A stretch of 64,000 nucleotides of DNA from NCBI GenBank assembly GCA_040954595.2, contig CM082585.2, positions 10,519,995-10,583,994 on the forward strand, read 5' to 3'. Source of the stretch: Balanoglossus misakiensis (taxonomy: Eukaryota; Animalia; Hemichordata). Position 1 is the stretch's first letter. The number at the start of each line of letters is the position of its first letter. Made by a program: the position numbers and the translations under genes. Shown in pieces: positions 53,537 through 64,000 of the stretch. Below the pieces are notes generated by a model. It was not told where the DNA came from. It ran no database searches and saw only the letters and a list, made by a program, of their open reading frames with translations.

Positions 53537-56500
53537 ATGAATCCAGAGACTCGTAACGGGGTGCCGAATCCGGTCTTTGAAGGGGAACTGTCAGATCTTC
53601 ATGACAACTGGATTTCGCAGGCACAACGATCGGGCCCTCAACCGAACGAAGAACAGATTCCAAAGAAACAGTTGCTCGGAGTTTTCTTGCATTTCTCTCA
53701 AGAAACCGCACTCAGTGGAATTAAGTATGTGGGCAACGGGTCAGCTTCGCCCACAAGAAGGTAAAACCTGCCCCTTTAATATATCCAGCAAAAGAAAATA
53801 CGTCCACGGTTACAAAATATGATTTAAATTTGGTTATTGAAGGCCTACTATGAGTTCTGTTGGTATGCGGAGATATAATCGCTAATGCAGTAACAACATG
53901 ATAGTACATCAGTGCTCACGTCATGCCGAAGTTGCTGAGTCTGGGGGCATCAAATAACAGACTCATAAAGACAGGAATTACATGCATTACACAACAAAGC
54001 TTTTCAAGCCTGTGACCTACACGACAATAGAGCGGGTGTCCACGTGATTTGAAAAGGACAGTAAAAATTCGGAAATAAACAGAGTTTACGACATGAAGAT
54101 TGAGGGGTGAAACCTTTCTTTGATTTTTCATACAGGGGTAGAATATTGTCTATTTGCAGTTTGGCTGTTGTTTATTCAAATCCAAACGTATAATTGCATC
54201 TTGTTATCGATTATGTGAAAGCAATTAGGCTTAACCCTTCAAAACAAATATTTAAAGTCTTTTTTTTTCTTTATGCAAGTTGGTATCGATTTGCCGGTTT
54301 GCACGATAATGTTTAATATCATGATTCCTGCATATATTTCTTTTGCAATGTCTTGGAATTCTCTGTATTGGAATATATTGTAGAATTTCATGGGGCAGTA
54401 AAAATAGAAGAATTAACACGCCGACTTTTTCCTCTGTTTTATCAAAATCAGGGGAAGACTATTTTTTATCTCTAGCCTGATAGAAGTCGTGTCGTTGTTG
54501 CCATGGCAATTTTTATGATATAGACCCAAGTCTAATCGCAGCTTGTGGCCGAATAGTCATCGCACGACTTTCACTACTCGCTTTTGAGCTCCCAAAAATC
54601 ACGAAATATGTTTATTTTTTGCATTCTCAGGTTTCTGTGGTTGGTCATTGTATTGGCTTCACTCGTGGGTCTTCTGTATCAAACTTCTATAATGGTGACG
54701 TCATTCATGGGTCGGCCTGTGAACGTTAATATAGAATACGACGAGCCGAAAGAGAAGTCGAATTTCCCTGCCGTCACAATTTGCAACAATAACATGTTCG
54801 AGTAAGGAAATTTTCTCGTCTGTGCGAGGGATGGTAGTATAAAACCTAGCTTCGAGTTGCTAAGTTTTTGCTTTTGGTAAAAAAAAAAACTCAGGGTAGA
54901 TTCTGGACTGGGAGACACCCTAGGGAGTTGGACAGAAGCGCCTTTTTTTGGTGCTATTTTTACTTGGAAAGTGATGACATGTCCAATATTGCAGTTTGAG
55001 AGACACCGTTCCAACACTCTTCGGGGGGGGGGGGGGGGACAGGGTACTTGACGCGTTTATATTTCATTCAACGATATTCATACCCTTTCAGCTTTCAACC
55101 TAACACAAACGAACACAATTTTCACATCTGACACGTATCCTTGCTTATCCGACTTCCCACAGTGGTGCGAAGGTCCAGAAATATCTTGGAAATACACTCA
55201 TGTTCTTTCAACTTTACCCGTACCTACATTCAATCTTCTCGCAAGATGGAGAATCTATGTTTGATGACGTCATGAATACTACTGTCGTCGCAGAAGATTC
55301 ATTCGGAGAGGGATTCGCGCTGGCCGATTTTGTCGAGGCCTCTGCGCATGACATCGAAAGCACAGTGCACAGGTAAGTGGGCGTATCTTTCCTCCAGCTG
55401 AACAAACCGACACTAATGCCAAAAGTGAGCAACTTTGTCCATTCAAGAACTAAATGTTCAAAATGTTTTGTTGATTTCTCCTCTTGCAGTTGTTCTTTAG
55501 GAGGGATACCATGTGGACCTGCTAATTTCACAAAAATAACAACAAACTACGGCGTGTGTTTTACGTTTAACTCTGCAAGTCAAGGATTCATCAACAAGAT
55601 AAAAAACGAAGGTATGGCATAGATTTTAGATATGTCGTCTCAGTGCATTTGCGGCTAAAAAAACAATATAACGACCCCTCCCTTTAACTCTGTGCCTGGT
55701 GTCGTTAACACTGCAGGTCAGCGATACGGACTGCACTTGTTACTAGACGCCAGAGAATATTACTACACAGTCCCACGCACCCAGGTCGGATTCCGTCTCA
55801 TGGTGCATGAAGTAGATGAGATTCCGGATGTGGCTAACCAAGGGATATCGCTGTCGCCAGGGACTTACACGAATATCGGGTTGACAACAACTCGGGTATC
55901 TCCCACTTACACACCCTAAGAGTAAATTTAATATTTTTGTGTTTTAAAAAAACTACATGTATGATCATGAACAGCACCGTGTAATCACATCTCCCTTAAA
56001 TCCCGAGTTACATTAAAGTACGTCTGAAGTTCCACATAAATGACACGTGATGTGTATACTTCCTTCCAGATTGAAAACCTAGGACCCCCTCACAAAGAAT
56101 GTGTAAAAGGCATTGGACACAATTTGAAATATTTCAAGGGGTCATACTCGTTATATAAATGCTGGGTGGAGTGTGAGACAGATTACATAGTTAGTCATTG
56201 TGACTGCAGATATTTCTATATGCCAGGTAAGCTTATAGATGGGTTTGTTTTGTCAGCCTGTTGCTGATGATAGCAGGGAGGTTGGTTACCATGGGAAGTT
56301 CAGCAGACAGTGCGCTCGCAAGTGGCAATTGTTCTAATTACACAGATCACGTTTATCAGCATATGCGCTTTATTCACAGGTGACGTCAGATTTTGTTCTC
56401 CGGCTCGTTTGCAGACGTGTTATTTCGACAAAATGGGCAAGTAGTCAGAGTGTGCTGATATTTTCTCATTCAAGCATACCTAAGCAGCTGACTTTGTTTC

Positions 56501-57869
56501 AGTACCTTTACATCATCACAATTTCGTGATAGCCTGGATACCACTTAGGAAAATAGGCTTATTTATTTCAGTATATGGATCTTCTTTAACTTTTAGCCGA
56601 GTTTGCCACGTTGGAAGACCCTTGTGGATGCGAGGAACCATGCTCCCAGACGAGATATAACGTCAAGTTGAGCTACAGCAGTTATCCATCGATTACGCAT
56701 GCGTCACTTCTGTGCCTCTTCGGTAAATGGCCGTGTGATCTAGCGGTTTCACATTTCCTTTCGTAAGTCACTGCCACCTTATTTCCTATACTGGTTCTTA
56801 AACCACGAGGCGAACCCTTGAGCTGCCAAATTTCTCATCCTCTGATTAACAATTACGTAAATATTTTATTTATTCAGGGTTCATGCTGGTAATGAGATCA
56901 TGAAAATATTGGAGGATTTCAACCAGACTATAGCAGAATATTACTATAAAATCCAGGCGAATGAACAAAATGTGTCAACGCTCATCCCCTCGACAAGATT
57001 TCACCAAAACATGGTGAACGAATTGCATACTTCATTATATGTGGATATCATTAATTCGTTGGCACACGCTATGTACAACCACAAGCTGTATAACCTCATG
57101 GGAACCAGTGAAGAAATCGGATCAGAATTTTACAACGCCACCAAATCACGCACGGGGAATATGCTCGCCATTTGGATAAAGGAACACTCGCAAACAGCTG
57201 TGGGGTCCAACTTGGCCGCCCTGAATCTCACCACAGACGCCATTACGAATCTGACCGACACCCTAGTTTCAGACTATTACATTACACTGTACGAAGAACT
57301 ATTCCCGATTATATATGATAATATGCGACGGACACGCGAGGAAAAGGCCCCCCTTCTACAAAATGAATCTCTGGCATCCATATGTAAAAATTACATGAAG
57401 TAAGGACAATGAGCTAAACTTTGAGTGTTTGCTTCTATTTCCATTAAAGCCAAGTCTGCATACATGGTATGTACTGACATCATAGGGCATAATATATTAA
57501 TTGACACGACGTCGTTCTCTTTCCTGTCTAAGGTCTAACTTGGTGAAGGTCACAATATACTTTGAAGATCTGAAAGTCGAATACATAGTACAGAACGCAG
57601 CGTATCACTTTTTCAATCTTGTTTGTAAGTACAAATGGTATTATCAGAACATAGCCCCCCCCCCCCTCATCTTACATTGTCGGTTTCTGTTCAAAGACGA
57701 ACACGAGCAGGGGACTTTACGGAAGTTTTCATATTAATTTACGGTTTTATTTCGTTTTACAGGTGATATCGGCGGAACATTGGGATTATTCTTCGGGGCA
57801 ACTATGATGACCTTCATGGAAATCATCGACTTCTTCATTGTGCAGTTTTGGACGAGGCTCAGGAGATAA
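53537..57869 (+). CDS. DEG/ENaC (ASIC-like) ion channel subunit, divergent (exons 53537-53760, 54631-54801, 55163-55372, 55490-55611, 55717-55895, 56070-56226, 56380-56436, 56597-56762, 56878-57399, 57533-57624, 57763-57869)
   Basis: TM1 RRFLWLVIVLASLVGLLYQ, FPAVTICNNN, YGVCFTFN, GQRYGLHLLLD, GFRLMVH, Cys-rich thumb (CWVEC...CDCRYFYMPG...CSP...C...CGCEEPC), NLVKVTIYFEDL, TM2 CDIGGTLGLFFGATMMTFMEIIDF. The 11 exons join in frame. Confidence 0.93.
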
Positions 57870-59708
57870 ATACATTTACAAGTGGAAACATCATTAGGGG
57901 CATATAATTTAGGCGTCTATTCAGCCATCTTGTATCGACTTATAGTCATAGTAGCTTACATAAGGAAATCCTACATTTCATTAGCTATTAGGCAGGAACT
58001 CAGTATATTTATTGTTCGGAAAGAGCGATGAATGAAATACGCCAAAGTGTGTAAGTTTTATACTAAGATTAGTTTTAGATTACATGTACTACCATTCAGT
58101 GAAGCTACATTTTACATTCTCGTCGCAACGGCGCACGCGCGCCTCCATTTTGAGTTGAAAATGTCGTCTGCTGCAACGCGACGGCCAGACGAAATTCTGC
58201 CACTCACAATAGCAGATCAGAGCGATGGTCCGGGTGATGACAATCTGTATTTGAATGCCCAAAATCTGACTGCGGCATATTTTTTGAGTGTGTCAAGTAA
58301 TTTTACCACAAAGCAGAAACGATACATGTACCCGATGTGCAAGCTGCAATGCACAGCATGTCAACAACATTGACACCTGTTGCGACCGTATCGGTGAACG
58401 AACGTTTGACTTGCAGCGCGTAGCAGATGCGTGTCATGAAAACTATCACTCGCAGAGGATTATAATAAATATAAAAACATACCAACACCTGGTCTTCTTC
58501 CGAAACAATCGGCACAAAAGTCAAAAGACAGTCCTTCTTGCAAGCGTACTGACGATATCCATTGAAGGTGTCGACACGTCGCGTTCACAACTTCACGTCA
58601 TATAGTGCGAGCTGGGTTACTTTTCCTGCCGTATTCCTGGTGTTTCAATTGCTATGATGTACTTAAGTCAGGTTTGTTTCAAAACCGCACCCGGTACAAA
58701 TAAACGCCAATATCACAAGTATGTAAACTGAGGATGACCATCTTGCTACCTCATGCATGTCAGGTACATGTACACAGAAGATTACGTAACCAGCATGCGC
58801 AGATTCCACTTAAGATTGCAACTTCGTTGACAGCTTCACATTGTTATGTAAATTATTTCTCCCCATCAACCCTGCACGATTAATTTATGAGTCCATCCAT
58901 CCATCCATGGTGTTGCCATAACGACACACAATATTACTTGTACATTGAAGGCAATGACTGTGCACAGAAAATGCTCAACTCACCAGAAAGTTGACGTAGA
59001 CGGCACATGAGCCCGTTTTAATGAAACAAGTGAATATTGCTTGTTAATTAGAGAAATCACACAAAGATGACTGGAACAGTTTTACTCTAAAGGAAATTCA
59101 CTACAGAAATATTTCAGAAGAAAATGACAGCGATTCCCTAAAAATAACTGAATAATATACAACTTGGATATCATGGAAATCGCTGTAGTTCGGTATGCCT
59201 GAGAAATTGGGGTTGACCTGTACCTAATAACGGAATAAGGTCAAAATAATATATTCATGAAATTATATTTCAAAATATATGAAGCAAAACTGTCGACTAT
59301 GATCCCGTGTGTATAGAGCCGATATATACATTGTGCAAACGTCAACATACATTTGTATGGTGTTTTAGCTTTCAGATATACATGATAAAGAACCTACTAT
59401 GAATAAATTATTTCCCAGAAAGAAAAAGAACTTAAATGAATTAATGAAGGAATAAATTAATGCATGTTTGGGTGGATGAATAAATAAATACAATAAATAA
59501 TGATGGGATAAATAACAATGTAATCGTAATCTGACAAGATATACTCGATTAAATTTTCTTGAGTACTTTATCGCAACGATACGCCAAGGACGTTGCCCTA
59601 GCAACCGTCGCACCCTACTCAATTTTGAATATGGTAATAATCTCACGTTATGTCGATGTTTCTGATTGGTCCTCACAGAGTGACCGACAGTCGAATCTGG
59701 CCAATAGG

Positions 59709-60051
59709 CTACGGTCTTCTGGGACCGCAGTCATCACAGTCGGTACCGTAGTCACAACCACTGTAAGTGGCGCCCGGCCCTCCGTCGTCACATTCTCCGT
59801 CGCTAAACCACCAACAGGAGTTTGTACATAGATCTGATTGAACGAGGAGAAAGAAGGGAACGGGTTACTCCCATGGACAAGTCCGAAATTCTACTGTGGC
59901 ATTTACTTTCTTTGTTATGAAAAAAAAAATTGTCTCTCAATCAGTCAATGTCTGTCTGTCTATAACCTGAGCGATAGTCAGTCACTGTTTCCCCGCTTCT
60001 TTGTCACTCTCTCTGTCTATCTACCTGTCTGTCTGTCTCTCTCTCTCTCTT

Positions 60052-60111
<60 letters not shown>

Positions 60112-63100
60112 ACCTGGGCGATAGTCGGCGCATGTGTCACAAGTACAATCACTGACTTGGTTTGAACACCACTGATCATCACTGCAACACGGATAATCAC
60201 TGTAGGGGTCACACTCAGCAGAGTTGTTGTATTTATTCAGGTATCCAGCACCGCAGCGGAGATCGTCCCGCCATGTCTCTGGAAATGAAAGAAGGCACAT
60301 TTTTCAGTCGTTAGAAACATTTCACCAATCCACAGAGAGTGATTAATTTTAAATAAAGTTTCTGGCAACGAGACAAACGAAATGTTAGGTATATCGTTTG
60401 TTTCAATACGGTCTTGTTCTTAGAAGAACTCATCAAAGACTTACTCTGTCCAGAGGGTATGCGGAGAAGAAGGTTCGGTGTGTCACTTCGAAACTCTTCT
60501 GGAACAACCGACAGATTCACTAGATTTTCGCTGGCGAAGTCGACCAGTTCTGCTAGTACCTCGTCCCTGGTCAGACTCGTGTCGAATTCCAGGAGTTTAG
60601 CCACGACGCCTGCAAGAGCCAAACGGACGAAGAGCGATTTTAGCAAGTCGAAAATGAAAATATAAATATTAATGATATAATCGCCATTGTGAAACACTGT
60701 CCAACCCTAAACGAAATAGTTGGCAAACATTCACTGGGGTAATGGGCTACCAAAGTAAGACAACATAAAGTACAGTCAAACCTGTGTTAGCAGCCACCTC
60801 TATATAAAAACCACCTCTATATAGTGACCACTTTGATACAGTTCCTGTGCAATTAACATGTACATTGATTGACCTGTCTACGTAGTGTGATTTGTCGAAT
60901 AGTAGATTATTGGTTGATTGAGTGCCTACCTGTCACGTGGGGACACGCCATCGAGGTGCCAGTTTTTGTGCTGTATGCGTTGGTGCCGCTGTGATGGGCA
61001 CTAACGATTTGAACGCCTGGTGCCAGGATGTTCAAACAAGACCCAAAATTGGAGATATAGGCGAGGGAGTCGTTGTCAGCAGTCGCCCCTACAGTAATTG
61101 CCTGTAATTCGTAAAATAGCAACATGGTTCTGTTATTCTGCTATAATATCATCCATATGATTGAGATTGAAACGATCAAAGGCTTATTGAATCAAGGAGG
61201 AAAATACACTCATTCTACACACGGGTATCGGGGTCCAAAGTGCTCTTACCGTTGGAGCCGAAGCGGGCGACTTGAGGCAGGCGTCGACGTGTGTGTTTCC
61301 CGCCGCGGCGACAGTGATGTAACCAGCGGCCAGCATACGGCCAACCGCGTCGTTAACGGCAACCGAGTAGCCTCCCGTGATTGACATCGAAACAACACCC
61401 GGAGTCATACTAGAATTGGTGATCAAATCCAGTCCTGCGAAACAAATAAACAGATTAAATCTCTACTTATTGGAAATTTTGCTTATTTTGTTGTTGTTGT
61501 TGTTGTTGTTGTTGAAAGTGAAGTCCAAAATCCACATATCGCAGATTGACAGGTAGCGGTAAATAATGCGAGGTACCCACCGGAAACTATTCTACTAACA
61601 GTTCCCCCTCTTCCATTACAATCGAACAGCCTGACAGAATGCAAAGTAACTCCCGGAGCCACGCCCACGGTTACGCCCCCAATGGTGGCAGCGACGTGCG
61701 TACCATGGCTGTTGCAGTCTTCTCCCTGCAAAATATAGTTCATAATAAACAAAAGTTATTCACAGGGGCAGGGGACCCAGGTTCAGTAAAATATTGTCAA
61801 ACAGTAATACACAGCTAATGTCCCTTAAGTGTTCATTACGTATCACTTACATCTCGGTTGTCGCCAACCAGGTCCACGAAGGGCTCGGCTCTTCCCTCGA
61901 ATTCGTTGTGCGAATATGAAATGCCAGAGTCCACCACAAACACGTGGATCCCAGAGCCATCCCCTGTTGGTGAATACCGGGAGAAAAACAAAGTGCGTTA
62001 AATCATTGCGACACAGAGGGCGTTGTCACCTCAGCTAATCATGGGTCGCGTTATATGCGGTAACGTGGGCAATTAGAGGACCTTTTAACCACTTTTCATT
62101 AAACTCACCGAGTGGAGGATTGTACTTTGAATCAAGAGGCAGAGTTTCCTGGTCGATTCTGTCCAACCCCCACGGAATGGCGGAATCAAGTGAAAACTCC
62201 TCGTCTTCTTCCACGTATTCTACTTCTTCAAACCAACGTATCTGGGAAAACGAAAGGCATATGGAATTTTTACTTTCCAGCTTTGTTAATATTTTCTAAA
62301 AACAAACATAACAGTCCCTTCCTCAAATTCCCTTGGCATTGTTTTGTCTGAATACAAAGCAACACAACAAGAGCACAGATCAACACACAGACAAAACATA
62401 AAGTACTTGTACTAGATCTTACTATTTCCAAGGCATCTGCTGGTATTTTTGCAGTAAAACCTTTCATTATGTTTGTGAGAGTCCGGTGATATTCGATTTC
62501 TATTCCCTTTTCTTCGGCAATCTTTTTCAAGTACTCCTCAATTTCAATCATCTCTTCTTCCGTCAGATCTTCCTGCAAAGACAGACAAATGACTTATGTA
62601 ATAGGCACTTTGATTGGTCTAGAGGTGCCATGTGACACAAAATGGCTTCCCACGGAGTCAAAACATATGGGTGATTTGAAAATGTTGTTCGACACAGACA
62701 AAGAAATAAAAAAACATGCGATGATTTTTGCGCAAAATGCATGGTGAGAATATGTCCACAGGTCGGTGTGTTCAACTGCACGTATTGAATAGAAACAGCT
62801 CTTTTGTACTCGGAAGCGTGAGTAAACATTTGAGGATGACACAAGCCGATTAGTAACATTTATGGAACCGATCGTTAAAAACGCATCGACTGTTCATTTT
62901 TTCAGTAAATGTGCATCACGTATGGCATGTTTTGTGCAAACACATAAAGAACAGCGAAATTCGGAGTCAATATCCTAAACAAATGCGGCAAATCACTTAA
63001 AATGACTGTAATTACTATAATTCCAGGGCCCATAAGGAGAACATTCACCCTACAACGGATGCGGTGAATGATGCCTGAAATTCCATCAATCATATCATCT

Positions 63101-64000
63101 GCGCGTATCTGTTTTCCATTTACCTTAAACTTTATTTTACGATAACAAAATGCAAGTCATTTTTCCTTAATGCGGTTGAACATGGTTCTTTGTTCATATG
63201 ACAGTGTCACAATGACAAAATTTACGGACAGCGAGTGAGGAAAAAATACTCGGGTCACACTTTGAATGCGCGATGACAGCAGTAATCAATTTTGCGATCA
63301 TTGTCAATGTTGCATCGGTTGGGTTCTGGCAGTATTACGGGTTTGTTAACAACTCGCGGCTGAGCATGACGAAGCGAAACTCTTTCAAGAGACGTATTCG
63401 CGGTCCTTCTAAAGTACTTTCGGATTTTATTTACAAAGACAAACTTCTGTTGCACACATGCTCTGTGTATTGAGCAATCGCTGGCCGTGTCCGAATTGTA
63501 GAAGAGAGTTGTGCAGATGTCATAAATTATAGGCTACCCGTATCAAGTGCCAAACGACCGCTGTCGCTTTTGTGTAGAACATCACATGCACCGCACTAAA
63601 CGCATGATTTCGCTTGCGAAACAAGTCTAATCTATGCTTTGGCATGCTTGGGTTAAGGTACGCCCATTCGGACATATGTTATAGCTTGTGTCATGGGGAG
63701 GGGTCACAGTCGGTAAGTGATACTTCGTCATTAATACTTGTCGCGTGTTCTGCTTTTTAGCGCGCGGTATCTTCACATTCCTTCAGCGTCGCTCTATTTA
63801 CCTGTTGTGCGTTTCGTGACACTACCTCGGTTTTCATCGAGTGGTTCGGGGGTCAACATGGACTTGAAAAAGTTTACGACACTTGACTTAAAAGTAGGGC
63901 GTTTTTTCCACCACTGAGAATGTACATAGTTACCAAGAACGACAATAAACCTACCTTCAGCTTCACGATGTATTCATCGGCGACGCGTTCATCTTCCGGA
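59709..64000 (-). CDS. Proteinase K-like subtilisin (S8) protease with I9 propeptide, a hevein-like module and a terminal Cys/Asp-rich module; 5' end outside window
   Basis: Exons 64000-63955, 62572-62423, 62241-62109, 61963-61851, 61725-61581, 61434-61250, 61101-60930, 60609-60445, 60278-60114, 59833-59709. I9 EYIVKLK...MKGFTAKI...VEYVEED; PWGLDRIDQ; catalytic D (VVDSG), H (SHGTHVA), oxyanion N (AAGN), S (GTSMACPHV); TPNLLL. Confidence 0.93.
60007..60110. repeat. (GTCT)n/(CT)n compound microsatellite in a protease intron
   Basis: Visible directly, starting immediately after the 60113 splice donor. Confidence 0.92.
60771..60845 (+). mobile_element. Probable fragment (one end) of a Tc1/mariner/pogo-derived MITE
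   Basis: TA-CAGTCAAACCTG...GCAGCCACCTCTATATAA...ACCACCTCTATATA: a TA-CAGT start plus repeated CCACCTCTATATA sub-motifs. No partner TIR found. Confidence 0.45.
61488..61514. repeat. (TTG)9 microsatellite, intronic
   Basis: Visible directly. Confidence 0.9.

Noticed and set aside
59863-59892. Alternative acceptor for the protease last exon (VEFRTCPWE*)
   Set aside because: It gives an immediate stop. The acceptor at 59833 has a better pyrimidine tract and encodes a coherent Cys-rich domain.

Overview
Eukaryotic, intron-rich animal DNA, most likely an invertebrate deuterostome (hemichordate/echinoderm/cephalochordate-like; inferred from gene similarity only). Bases 1-~16140 are one head-to-tail array of about 185 copies of an 87-bp satellite. 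All long minus-strand ORFs there are artefacts of an 87 = 29x3 period. The array stops at a ~33-bp dyad-symmetric motif that recurs about 460 bp later, and lies only ~545 bp from the LIPT2 start codon. The rest is a compact gene cluster: LIPT2 (+), TRIP12 (-), FBXO36 (+, head-to-head with TRIP12 as in humans), ECT2 (-), ZNHIT1 (+, with a U12-type AT-AC intron), a divergent DEG/ENaC/ASIC-family channel (+) and a 5'-truncated proteinase K-like S8 protease with two C-terminal Cys-rich modules (-). The most notable points are a possible satellite-carrying mobile element end, incipient higher-order structure in the satellite, a DEG/ENaC channel with altered HG and GAS pore motifs plus a ~200-aa knuckle, candidate alternative ECT2 C-termini with a possible 12-nt microexon, and three GC-AG introns plus one AT-AC intron. 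Exon coordinates were read by hand and some may be off by a few bases.
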